A stretch of 64,000 nucleotides of DNA from an uncultured Nitrospira sp. (GCA_902500745.1 CABVRS010000001.1:1184-65183); one strand, 5' to 3'; numbered from the stretch's first letter, positions 1-8,914 are shown. Notes: generated by a model not told the origin, from the sequence alone. A program made the numbers and translations.

Positions 1-1052
1 GTCTCTCCCAGCCGTTGGAGTTCTTTCGCGGTCGGCCAGTTCGTCGAGCCGTTGAGCGTCAAGGCCATGCGGTCTTTTGGTAGATAGACCGAGGTGGTCA
101 CCAGATCGTAGACGGGGGCCAGCCTCGCCTCGCCTTGAACGTCGTCATAGACGATGCCGAAGTTCTTGAGATGCGCATCACCGTTGCGGATGGCACAATT
201 CATGACGATGAGGGTGAAGAGCCGTTCCAGGTCTTCGCCGACATGCGACGTGCTCGCGAACTGGGTGAATCGCTTCATGATCGAGGTCTCGTAGCTGCCG
301 CCATATTTCTGATCGGTGCGCTTAGCATTCAGCACACAAAAATCCTCGAAGCCGTGATAAGTGCCGTCCGGGCGCAAGTCAAAGCGATCAATGACCAACG
401 CGAGCGCATCCTCAGCAAGCCGATGGGGTGGCACATCGAGGCCGCACTGTTCGGCCACTTTGAGACAAAAAAACTCATTCGCCGCGAGCTGCGGGTATTC
501 GTGTTGCTCCCAGAGCTTCACGATATGCGTTGCGCCGCGATAGCTCTGCGAGAGTCGATGGTCCGCCTTGCTGAGTGGCACGGAGGTGCCTTCATCACGG
601 ACCAGGATTTTTGGCTGCACGCCGCTGATACCAGAGAAGGATGCGAATTTATCGAGGAGGTAGCGAAACAGCTCGCCGCCGCGGCGCTTCTCGAGAATCT
701 CATCAACGGACTGAAAGGGGACATCCTCTCGGAGATCCTCCTGCGCGCCGGTATAACGGATGCGTCCGACCTGCGAGCGTCCGACGATGCCAAGCAGGTC
801 GAAGTCATCGAACGTGCCGGTGGCCTTGGCGAACGCGAGCCGGAGCCGTTCGCGAAGCACGCCCTCGGGCAGGTTCATCTCAAAAATGGGGAGCAGTCCG
901 AATGGCACGTTATACGAGGGCACGCGAACGGGCATGGTGACGGACACCGCGCGGAGGGGCGGCGCGTTCGTCTGATAGGCGAAGGTACTGCCACGGGCGC
1001 CGAAGCGATCCAGCAGACCAGCGTCAGCGGCGTCGGTCCAGACCTTGATCAT
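1..1052 (-). CDS. hipA: HipA-family Ser/Thr kinase toxin (3' end runs off the window)
   Basis: Manual minus-strand translation from ATG 1052: MIKVWTDAADAGLLDRF...NGDAHLKNFGIVYDD...LAPVYDLV...LTLNG (HipA catalytic DxHxKN and LAPxYD motifs); overlaps the hipB stop; absent from the ORF track because no stop lies in the window. Confidence 0.9.
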   Translation of the reverse strand, partial: MIKVWTDAADAGLLDRFGARGSTFAYQTNAPPLRAVSVTMPVRVPSYNVPFGLLPIFEMNLPEGVLRERLRLAFAKATGTFDDFDLLGIVGRSQVGRIRYTGAQEDLREDVPFQSVDEILEKRRGGELFRYLLDKFASFSGISGVQPKILVRDEGTSVPLSKADHRLSQSYRGATHIVKLWEQHEYPQLAANEFFCLKVAEQCGLDVPPHRLAEDALALVIDRFDLRPDGTYHGFEDFCVLNAKRTDQKYGGSYETSIMKRFTQFASTSHVGEDLERLFTLIVMNCAIRNGDAHLKNFGIVYDDVQGEARLAPVYDLVTTSVYLPKDRMALTLNGSTNWPTAKELQRLGE

Positions 1053-1302
1053 CGTTCGCCTCGTTCATGAGATCGTCGAGCGTAGGGCGGTGAGCACTGG
1101 CTTCCTGCAGTGTGAGCTCTAGCCCCAGTGCCGTCAGAATATTGGTGATCTTTGAATAGCCGAGCTCGCCCAGACGTGCGTTCTCCAGCGCATCAAGTGT
1201 GGAGCGTGCGACTCGTGCCTTCTTGGCAAGGACGGTCTGACTCCAGCCCAGCGCTTTGCGCTTTCTCGCGATTTCTTCTCCTATGGAGAACAGCCGGAGC
1301 AT
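1024..1302 (-). CDS. hipB: HipB-like XRE HTH antitoxin
   Basis: 92 aa, IARKRKALGWSQTVLAKKARVARSTLDALENA HTH, directly upstream of hipA. Confidence 0.85.
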   Translation of the reverse strand: MLRLFSIGEEIARKRKALGWSQTVLAKKARVARSTLDALENARLGELGYSKITNILTALGLELTLQEASAHRPTLDDLMNEANDDQGLDRRR

Positions 1303-1363
1303 ATGAACAATATACTGGTCATTTATGGATTAGTAAAGGCAGTATGACTTATATATTGTACAT
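1303..1363 (-). promoter_or_regulatory. hipBA promoter with two inverted 20-bp operator-like boxes
   Basis: ATGAACAATATACTGGTCAT (1303-1322) and ATGACTTATATATTGTACAT (1344-1363) are inverted copies; minus-strand TTTACT-17-TATATT ends 6 nt before the ATG. Confidence 0.55.
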
Positions 1364-1849
1364 TTTGAAGACCATCAAGGCAGCGATAGGGTCTGCTCCT
1401 TGTGTTGATCGTAGGGGCAACGTCCTGATGCCAGCTAGGCCGACGCTGAGTATGCGGGAGCGGGATCGCCTGGATTATTACTGAAAGTTTGCTCCTAGTG
1501 TGTCGGCCATGGCCGAACGGATCGCGGGTTCAATGGTTCGCGTGATCATGGAGAGATATCACCGAGTTGTGGTGAATGTGCATGCAGGGAGAACCCACGC
1601 GTGATGGGGCCAAAGAACAGACGGTGCGACAACGCGCCACCCTGCAGAAGAGATCTTGGGCAGTCCCATTTATAGGCTGTGCGGCGATCTCTCCGAAATG
1701 GCTCCGTGAGGAGAAAGCAGGTTTCGCGTGAAACACGGCGGCCGTGCCGATATGTGGCGAGCGCAGTAGGTGTTATGCTGAGATAACCAAGCGTAATAGT
1801 CGATCAGGGAGGCAGCAGCCTTCGTGCGACGTGCCGTACCCCGAATTGT

Positions 1850-1890
1850 ATCATTGTAAATATGATATGATATGTTATATTTGCAATGAT
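1850..1890. promoter_or_regulatory. AT-rich inverted repeat over the start of the AAA gene (probable operator)
   Basis: ATCATTGTAAATATGA...TTATATTTGCAATGAT, 16-bp arms with 2 mismatches. Confidence 0.5.
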
Positions 1891-3064
1891 GATCAAGCGC
1901 CGTGCACAAACGGAATTGCGACGGTTGTTGGAACAATTTCCGGCCGTGGCAATTTTAGGACCGCGCCAGATCGGCAAGACCACGCTGGCTCAAGAGATTG
2001 CGGCCCGTACGAAACCGTCCCCGGTGTATCTCGACCTTGAAAATCCTATCGATCTCGCAAAACTTGATGATCCTGGCCAGTATTTGCAGACCCAGACCGA
2101 TCGCTTGATCATCCTTGACGAAATACAGCGCATACCTGGGCTGTTTCAAGTGTTGCGCGGCGTTATTGACCGCCGCCGCCTGGCCGGGCAGCAAGCCGGA
2201 CAGTTTCTCATGCTGGGATCAGCGTCGCGTGACCTGTTGAAACAATCCTCGGAGTCGCTCGCCGGGCGCATAGCTTACAAGGAACTCACCGGCTTGACTG
2301 TGTCCGAGATCAAACGCACCGATCAGGAGATCCTCTGGCTGCGCGGTGGATTCCCCGATAGCGTACTGGCCCGTGATGATCGGGCCAGCATGCGTTGGCG
2401 CATGAATTTTATCAGTACCTATCTGGAACGAGACGTCCCGCAGCTGGGACCGCGCATTCCTGCCGTCACGCTGCGGCGGCTCTGGACCATGCTGGCCAAC
2501 AGCCAAGGGGAGCAGATCAATCTTTCCAAACTCGCGGGCGGGCTTGGCGTGTCGGTCCCGACGGTCACACGGTACATCGAATTGCTCGAAGATCTGCTGC
2601 TGGTGCGGACGCTGCGACCCTGGGCAGGAAATATCAAAAAACGTCTCGTCAAAGCGCCGAAGGTGTACATCAGGGACAGCGGCATTGCCCATGCGCTGTT
2701 ACACCTGACGACGCGTGATGATGTGCTGGGGCATCCCGTCGCGGGAGCCAGTTGGGAAGGCTTTGCGCTGGAGAATATCCTGTCAGTCATGCCGGAAGGG
2801 GCGACATCCTGGTTTTACCGCACCGCAGCAGGCGCAGAGATCGACCTGGTGATTGAACAGGGATCGCGGCAGCGGGTGGCGATTGAGATCAAGCGGTCCC
2901 TCGCGCCATCCGTCTCCAAAGGGTTCCATGTGGGGTGCGAGGATATCACTGCCACACGCCGCTATATCGTCTATCCAGGGACAGAACAATACCCAGTCTC
3001 GAATGGTGTGACCGTCATGCCGCTGGTTGACATGATGACGGAACTTCGGGAAATGCTTGACTGA
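1886..3064 (+). CDS. AAA_14 ATPase with C-terminal DUF4143 domain
   Basis: Walker A GPRQIGKTT, Walker B ILDEIQ, SESLAGR, KAPKVYIRDSG, C-terminal EIDL...IEIK (PD-(D/E)xK-like). Confidence 0.9.
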   Translation: MMIKRRAQTELRRLLEQFPAVAILGPRQIGKTTLAQEIAARTKPSPVYLDLENPIDLAKLDDPGQYLQTQTDRLIILDEIQRIPGLFQVLRGVIDRRRLAGQQAGQFLMLGSASRDLLKQSSESLAGRIAYKELTGLTVSEIKRTDQEILWLRGGFPDSVLARDDRASMRWRMNFISTYLERDVPQLGPRIPAVTLRRLWTMLANSQGEQINLSKLAGGLGVSVPTVTRYIELLEDLLLVRTLRPWAGNIKKRLVKAPKVYIRDSGIAHALLHLTTRDDVLGHPVAGASWEGFALENILSVMPEGATSWFYRTAAGAEIDLVIEQGSRQRVAIEIKRSLAPSVSKGFHVGCEDITATRRYIVYPGTEQYPVSNGVTVMPLVDMMTELREMLD

Positions 3065-3101
3065 ATCCAGGTTGCACGAAAGCGCCAACGGGAGACGGAA
3101 C

Positions 3102-3386
3102 ATGAAAAAGAAGAATAAACATATCGACTCGTCCATTGACGACCTGATGAAAGAGGGAGGCTGGTACGAAGAAGCAGAAGAACAAGCGATCAAGGAAGTC
3201 ATCGCCTGGTAACTTTCACAGGCCATGGAGAAAAAGCGTATCTCAGAATCCACCATGGCGACACGCTTCAAGACCAGCCGGACGCAGGTGAACCGCATTC
3301 TGAATGCGAAGTCGGACGTGACCTTGTCCAGCTTGCAACGTGCCGCCGCCCTTGTGGGCAGACGCTTGAAGATCGAGCTTGTCTAA
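3102..3386 (+). pseudogene. XRE/HigA-like antitoxin with an in-frame stop
   Basis: MKKKNKHIDSSIDDLMKEGG...EVIAW*LSQAMEKKRIS...TSRTQVNRIL...VTLSSLQRAAALVGRRLKIELV; TAA at 3210-3212 where this family has Gln (WQL). Confidence 0.75.
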
Positions 3387-3497
3387 ATGCCACAATGGAA
3401 CTTGTTCACACCAGCGCCCATGTCTACAACCATTGGTCCTGCATGCCACCGTTACGGGACCAGCATCAATGGATGGAGGAGCGGTTTACAGCGCAGA

Positions 3498-3618
3498 TCA
3501 CCGTCCTGCGTCTCTTGACGCCGCTCGGATGTCCTATGAAGCTGCGAAGAAGCGACAGAAGTGTACACAACAATTGTGAAAGCGCAACTGGATATGCACA
3601 GAACAAGACGCGACCCCA
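3498..3618 (+). repeat. Left arm of ~120-bp imperfect inverted repeat (inner core GAACAAGACGCGACCCCA)
   Basis: Reverse complement aligns with 4689-4810 at roughly 70-75% by eye; 3601-3618 matches 4689-4706 perfectly. Confidence 0.85.
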
Positions 3619-3927
3619 CAGCATCCGTCCTTCCCTGGGCCACCGATTCCGTTCCCGCTCCCACCGATTGCTGTTCCGGGCAGCCCGGAGAATCAGCGGG
3701 CGGTGCAGGCCACGGCGGAGGCGTTGCGTCAATTACAGAACGCCATCAGCCAGATCCGCTCACAGCTGAATCAGGGCAAGTGTGATCCTGAAAAGGAGCG
3801 TTGTGCTGAAGTTAAGCAGAAGTGCATTGAAGAATGTACCGCCTTGCTGCCGACGCGCGAATATTCTGGCGCGCCATTCTACCGATGTATGCGGCAGTGC
3901 ATGGAAGCCAACGGCTGTTCGTATTAG
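3619..3927 (+). pseudogene. Headless RHS/polymorphic-toxin C-terminal tip, Cys-rich
   Basis: Open frame from the repeat junction: HPSFPGPPIPFPLPPIAVPGSPENQRAVQATAEAL...KCDPEKERCAEVKQKCIEEC...FYRCMRQCMEANGCSY*; Pro-rich linker plus Cys-rich tip resembles RHS C-termini; no RHS core upstream. Confidence 0.55.
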
Positions 3928-3956
3928 CCCATAGCGATCTGTTGCAAAGAGGCCCC

Positions 3957-4175
3957 GTGGATCAAGAAGTTGCCCATCAGATTAGTTCGTTGATGTTGGA
4001 ATATTTTGCGAAGCTGAATGCTTCTGTACAGCTTGTGCAGGAGCGTTGCAGCGACGAAGAGTTTAAGGATTACCAAAGGGCCATAGGCCTCATTTTAGGA
4101 GAGATGACCACGGAAGTGATGATGCCTCTCTATCGCAAGCATCCCGAGTTAGAACCGCCAGAATTCAAAACCTGA
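3957..4175 (+). CDS. Small helical putative immunity protein (72 aa)
   Basis: GTG start with AGAGG RBS; MDQEVAHQISSLMLE...CSDEEFKDYQRAIG...PLYRKHPELEP; directly follows the toxin tip. Confidence 0.6.
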   Translation: MDQEVAHQISSLMLEYFAKLNASVQLVQERCSDEEFKDYQRAIGLILGEMTTEVMMPLYRKHPELEPPEFKT

Positions 4176-4180
4176 ACTGA

Positions 4181-4516
4181 ATGCCTCTGAAGCTCGACAG
4201 CGTTGGACCCGTGATTGCGACACGCCTGCTCTCGTTGGCGCGAGACAAGCAGGCGACGCAGGAGATCACAGTGCGGCTCGGCCAACCGAAGCGCATGCCT
4301 GATACGTCGGACTACTACTGTCCCTATCAGATTCTAGGAATGGGTTCTGAGAAGATTAAGTATGCGGCTGGGATTGATGCGTTCCAAGCTATTCAACTGG
4401 CTATGGGACGCATTGGTGCCGACCTCTGGGCATTGAATCAGGAGTGTTCCGGCCAATTGCGATGGGAGGGCGATGAGCACGGAGCGTTAGGTTTTCCGAT
4501 CCCTGCCGGTCAGTGA
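4181..4516 (+). CDS. DUF6968-like protein, putative immunity protein
   Basis: VIATRLL...ITVRLGQP...YYCPYQILG...AAGIDAFQAIQLA...LRWEG...LGFP pattern. Confidence 0.6.
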   Translation: MPLKLDSVGPVIATRLLSLARDKQATQEITVRLGQPKRMPDTSDYYCPYQILGMGSEKIKYAAGIDAFQAIQLAMGRIGADLWALNQECSGQLRWEGDEHGALGFPIPAGQ

Positions 4517-4688
4517 GCGCATCCCGCAGGTTTTTTTCTCTCGCCAATTCTTCAACACGAACGACACAGCGGTGTGCGGGTCGGCGTGCTCGGCTCCAGC
4601 CGACGGCGTCGGCTTCCGTTCCCTGCGCGCGCCGCCCCGCGGGAGACCATTCGTATTCACCCCCGCCCACCCATGTGCGCGGACGTAT

Positions 4689-4810
4689 TGGGGTCGCGTC
4701 TTGTTCGGTGTATATCCAGCAGCTCATCCACAATCGTTGTGTATGGTCCGCACGTTTCTTCGCCGTTTCCTAGGACAGCTTGAGCGGTGTCAGGAGGCGC
4801 AGCACTGTGA
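4689..4810 (-). repeat. Right arm of ~120-bp imperfect inverted repeat (TGGGGTCGCGTCTTGTTC...)
   Basis: Inverted copy of 3498-3618. Confidence 0.85.
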
Positions 4811-5049
4811 AGGGCGCCTCGTCGCAGATGACCGATCTTTGCGGAGAGCGAGCGTCGTACCGTGCTCGAAGCCTACCAGATTAGGTGATAGAGCGACGAC
4901 AGTGAAGCGCGAGAGTACTCATGATTCATCCCCTTTGGATGAAGGCGAGTCTGGAGGGTCTGGTGTGGAGTAAGGGAGTCTTTGTGTGATCGCCAAGACA
5001 AAAGAGAAGTCGATAGGCGTGCAGGGGAGGCGATCCTCGTGGGGACTCA

Positions 5050-5554
5050 TCAGCGTTCTTGCCCGCGGCGGAGGGCATCTTGGTAGACTTGCCCTGTCGG
5101 GTCGAGATAAAACCCGGATGCCCTGAGTTGATCGAGCACTGGTAGTAGCCTATCAATGATTCCTTCCAACCGTGCATGTACGAGGATACCGATGGTTCCC
5201 ATGACGGTGAGCCCTTCACGCATGGCCAGTGTTCTGACTGCACTGTCATCAGCCAACAGCAGTGTAGCGTGATGAACAAGCCCAGCCGCAATCACTGCGG
5301 CATCTGTCTTTGAGATGTTCGGGGCGGTGAGCCGGTCGATCAACGCGCGATCGGCCACTTCCTCGACTGTGATCCACTTCTCCTGGAGGGCTTGCTGCAA
5401 TTCAAGACTCCCGGCTCGACCTGTTCCCTGAGTGACCACTTCGTCATGGACTTGCGGAGTGATCAGTAGGTGCTGGAAGAGATTGGTTGAGCAGACGGAA
5501 CTGGTTGACTGCGGCAAGGTGAATCAGCGGGCCACTATCTGTGACGACGATCAC
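5050..5554 (-). pseudogene. PIN-domain (DUF3368) toxin, frameshifted
   Basis: GTG at 5554 (GTGA overlap with the upstream stop) gives MIVVTDSGPLIHLAAVNQFRLLNQ; one extra base near 5482 separates it from LFQHLLITPQVHDEV...LLLADD...GTIGIL...GFYL; span of 505 nt is not a multiple of 3. Confidence 0.75.
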
Positions 5555-5874
5555 GCGCTATCCTGTGACGTGGCGGCTTTGAAGGCCTCCAACTCCTTGT
5601 CCAACCATCCGGCTTCGTATTCTGCGGCAGGGATCTTATGTGCGGCCATTAGCACGAAAAACTCTCGCAGAGGCATCCCTAACAACTCGGCGCCTGCTCG
5701 CCAAGAAAGCTGCTCCGTACGCACCCAATCAAGCACCGCTGCTCGTTTGACATCCTCGGCCAGTGCCGCGTCGTCTATTGCCATCATGTCAAGGAATGGT
5801 TTAGGCAACTCCCATTCAAACCGTATGTGAAGCAGGAAGAGCGGATAGTATGGCAACGGGAGAGACCGCATCAC
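5551..5874 (-). CDS. UPF0175-family antitoxin (start uncertain)
   Basis: LSWRAGAELLGMPLREFFVLMAAHKIP motif; coupled to the PIN gene. Confidence 0.7.
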   Translation of the reverse strand: MMRSLPLPYYPLFLLHIRFEWELPKPFLDMMAIDDAALAEDVKRAAVLDWVRTEQLSWRAGAELLGMPLREFFVLMAAHKIPAAEYEAGWLDKELEAFKAATSQDSA

Positions 5875-5976
5875 TGTCCTATATAGGACAAGGGTCTTGT
5901 AAGTCGTTGTAAAACCATGCTACTCATTGGATGGTTCAGAAGTATCATCTTGTTGATTTTCTTGAGTTTGGTCGGT

Positions 5977-6021
5977 CCTCTCAAGGCTTAAACACGGGTT
6001 CGAATCCCGTTGGGACCACCA
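5977..6021 (+). mobile_element. att site: duplicated 3' half of tRNA-Glu(CTC), right boundary of a genomic island
   Basis: CCTCTCAAGGCTTAAACACGGGTTCGAATCCCGTTGGGACCACCA = anticodon loop, T-arm (GGTTCGAATCC), acceptor 3' strand and CCA; no 5' half or D-arm upstream; AT-rich arm-like TAAGTCGTTG/TTGTTGATTTT motifs lie upstream. Confidence 0.8.
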
Positions 6022-6142
6022 CACAAAGCTTGCTCGTGCCGTGGCCTCTTTATCGTCTTATCGAATTTGATGGCCGCGGATAAAGCTTTTCGGGATTTTG
6101 TTTTTCTATACCCACTCGTTCTTTGGCTACGGGGGTTGAAAG

Positions 6143-6703
6143 ATGAACCTCCTGACCTTTCGCTTCCGCCAGTCCTCGGCCGTCGATTTTTATTGGAACC
6201 TCGAGTTGGCCAAACGGGGGTCCCTACGTGAATTCAAGGTACATCCCAACATCACCATTTATGAGTCGGCGTTCGATCTTCTCAACCCGATTCAAGTACG
6301 ACACGCCTTGTCCCTCGCGAAAACCTTGGTGCTCGACAAGCGAGCCGAGGTGTTCTGGGGAAATACGTCGTTGACCATGGTGATCGTCCGAGATGTGCTG
6401 CAGTGCTATGAGCAATCGATGCAGGTCGATGATCATCATGCACATTGTTGGTTCAAAATCCGGCTCACCTTTGACCTGACCGTAACACGATTTGAGGTGG
6501 AGTCCGACGACTCGGCGAAGTCGTTTGTGTTCCCCTGTCGACACGCGGCCACACATGCCTATGGCATTCACTATGAGCACCCAGGGACGATTTATGACCA
6601 ATTGGACTCGGCCTTGTGGCGTGCCGGCACACGGTGGTGTCCGCGGCTCGCGGATCTCTCGGAAATAAAACTCGTCAACGTGGAGTTGCATACGAAACGA
6701 TGA
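6143..6703 (+). CDS. Hypothetical protein
   Basis: 186-aa ATG ORF with plausible RBS; no recognised motif. Confidence 0.6.
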   Translation: MNLLTFRFRQSSAVDFYWNLELAKRGSLREFKVHPNITIYESAFDLLNPIQVRHALSLAKTLVLDKRAEVFWGNTSLTMVIVRDVLQCYEQSMQVDDHHAHCWFKIRLTFDLTVTRFEVESDDSAKSFVFPCRHAATHAYGIHYEHPGTIYDQLDSALWRAGTRWCPRLADLSEIKLVNVELHTKR

Positions 6704-6975
6704 AGAACCCGCGCCGGCGCATATCGAGCGAAGTCCAACTCTATCTGAGAAAAATCTGATACGTCGTTCGTTCGTGGGGAATGGTGCTCGCAATCCGTAG
6801 TTACGGAGGCTATTCGTGACGCAGAACTTGCTTTGCGTATGACGGCCACTACTGATAAGCTAACTTTGTAGAAGCTGAGAAGCTCAGGATGAGATGAATC
6901 GTGAAAACCAACGAGACGGCGAAGGACGGAGATGCCTCGTGGCGCCGTACTGTGCGATAGAGTAAGGGGGACGTT

Positions 6976-8787
6976 ATGAATTCCAAAGTGAAGAACCTGC
7001 TGTTATGGGGCATGATTGGCTTGTTCATCGCGTTGCTGTTGAATATGTTCTCGGTGCCGACGCATGCGCCGGAAGAAGAAGTCTATTTCAGTGATTTCAT
7101 TGCGAAGGTGGATCAAGGCGCTGTAGTCAAGGTCATCATTCGAGGGCATCACATCAGCGGAACCCTGAAGGACAACACACGAATTCACACCTATGCGGCG
7201 GATGATCCGGATTTGATCACGGTACTGCGGGATAAGGGAGTTCAGATCGAGGTGAAACCGGCCGGCGAGACCCCGTGGTATATCACCTTTCTTTACACAT
7301 GGGGCCCCTTTATTTTGTTTCTCGGGCTTTTCCTGTTTTTCATGCGGCGGATGCAATCTGGTGGAAATGGTGCGTTGTCGTTCGGCAAGAGTCGTGCACG
7401 GATGCTGACGGAGGAGCACAAGAAGGTCACCTTTGCTGATGTGGCCGGCGTCGATGAGGCCAAAAGCGATGTGCAAGAAATCGTCGAGTTCTTGAAAGAT
7501 CCTCGCAAGTTTCAGGCGCTCGGCGGTCGCATTCCGAAGGGGGTGTTAGTGGTGGGTCCTCCCGGCACCGGGAAGACGTTGCTGGCAAAGGCCGTCGCCG
7601 GCGAGGCCGGTGTTCCCTTCTTCAGTATCAGCGGGTCGGATTTTGTGGAAATGTTTGTCGGGGTTGGGGCATCGCGGGTGCGCGATCTATTTGAGCAGGG
7701 GAAGAAACATGCCCCCTGCATCATTTTTATCGATGAGATTGACGCGGTAGGTCGTCTCCGCGGAGCAGGGTTGGGCGGCGGCCATGACGAACGAGAGCAA
7801 ACGTTGAATCAACTGCTCGTTGAAATGGATGGGTTCGACACGACGGAGGGCGTCATCCTGGTCGCGGCGACGAACCGACCTGATGTTCTAGACCCGGCCT
7901 TATTACGCCCTGGGCGCTTTGATCGTCAGGTAGTGGTCGATCGGCCGGACCTTCGTGGCCGAGCGGAGATTCTCAAGGTCCATACGAAAAAGGTGCCGGT
8001 GGCAGCCAACGTGGAGTTGAATACGATTGCGCGCGGGACGCCCGGATTTTCAGGGGCCGATCTCGAAAACCTGGTCAACGAGGCCGCCTTATGGGCCGCT
8101 CGTCAAAACAAGACCGAAGTCGACGCCGTGGATTTCGAGATGGCCAAAGACAAGATTCTGATGGGAGCCGAACGGAAGAGCATGATTCTGACGGAAGAAG
8201 AGAAACGGGTGACAGCCTATCACGAAGCAGGACATGCCCTGATGGCCAGACTCCTGCCGGGGACGGATCCGGTGCACAAAGTCACCATCATTCCCCGTGG
8301 ACGTGCATTGGGCGTCACGATGCAGTTACCGACGGAAGATCGGCATAGCTACACCAAAGAGTTCTTGTGCAACAGGCTGGCCGTTCTGATGGGGGGTCGA
8401 GTGGCGGAAGAGCTGGTGTTCAAACATGTGACGACAGGTGCCGGGAATGATCTCAATCAAGCGACGGATCTCGCCCGCAAAATGGTCTGTGAGTGGGGCA
8501 TGAGCGAGAAATTGGGGCCGTTGACGTTCGGGCAGAAAAACGACTCGGTCTTCCTGGGCCGTGACTTGACCGCTAAACGAGATCTCAGTGAACGAGTGGC
8601 GAAGGAGATTGATTTTGAGATCAAGCAGTTTGTCACCGAAAACTACGAGCGAGCCAAGCGAGTGCTGACCGACCACATGGCCGGCTTGAACGCATTAGCC
8701 GAAGCGCTGTTAGCCAAAGAATCGTTGGATGCCTTGGACATCGACCGAATTCTCACGGAGTCTTCCGCGGGAACGGTGCCTGCCTAA
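6976..8787 (+). CDS. ftsH: ATP-dependent zinc metalloprotease FtsH
   Basis: 2 TM segments, [29 protein letters not shown]. Confidence 0.97.
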   Translation: MNSKVKNLLLWGMIGLFIALLLNMFSVPTHAPEEEVYFSDFIAKVDQGAVVKVIIRGHHISGTLKDNTRIHTYAADDPDLITVLRDKGVQIEVKPAGETPWYITFLYTWGPFILFLGLFLFFMRRMQSGGNGALSFGKSRARMLTEEHKKVTFADVAGVDEAKSDVQEIVEFLKDPRKFQALGGRIPKGVLVVGPPGTGKTLLAKAVAGEAGVPFFSISGSDFVEMFVGVGASRVRDLFEQGKKHAPCIIFIDEIDAVGRLRGAGLGGGHDEREQTLNQLLVEMDGFDTTEGVILVAATNRPDVLDPALLRPGRFDRQVVVDRPDLRGRAEILKVHTKKVPVAANVELNTIARGTPGFSGADLENLVNEAALWAARQNKTEVDAVDFEMAKDKILMGAERKSMILTEEEKRVTAYHEAGHALMARLLPGTDPVHKVTIIPRGRALGVTMQLPTEDRHSYTKEFLCNRLAVLMGGRVAEELVFKHVTTGAGNDLNQATDLARKMVCEWGMSEKLGPLTFGQKNDSVFLGRDLTAKRDLSERVAKEIDFEIKQFVTENYERAKRVLTDHMAGLNALAEALLAKESLDALDIDRILTESSAGTVPA

Positions 8788-8848
8788 CAACACCCGATCT
8801 GGTGGTTGCCAAGGTGGTGTCTGCGTGTTCGCGTGAGCGAACCTTTCA

Positions 8849-8878
8849 TTGACGCCTCCGTTCGTGGTTGTGTATAAC
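8849..8878 (+). promoter_or_regulatory. sigma70-like promoter
   Basis: TTGACG-18-TATAAC with TG extension, upstream of the DHS-like gene. Confidence 0.5.
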
Positions 8879-8914
8879 CGAATGCACGGTGATGAATTCT
8901 TTCCGAGGGATGTT

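Noticed and set aside
135-1070. 311-aa plus-strand ORF
   Set aside because: Antisense shadow of hipA, which has clear kinase motifs on the minus strand
3498-4810. Integron attC cassette, CRISPR array or standard IS
   Set aside because: Repeats are inverted rather than direct, occur only twice, lack GTTRRRY attC boxes, and no transposase or target-site duplication is evident
3466-4973. ORFs 3466-3732(-) and 4572-4973(+) sharing WGRVLF..YP as paralogous proteins
   Set aside because: The similarity comes from the DNA inverted repeat, and the frames diverge through indels
5977-6021. Functional tRNA gene
   Set aside because: Only the 3' half is present; no D-arm or 5' acceptor strand
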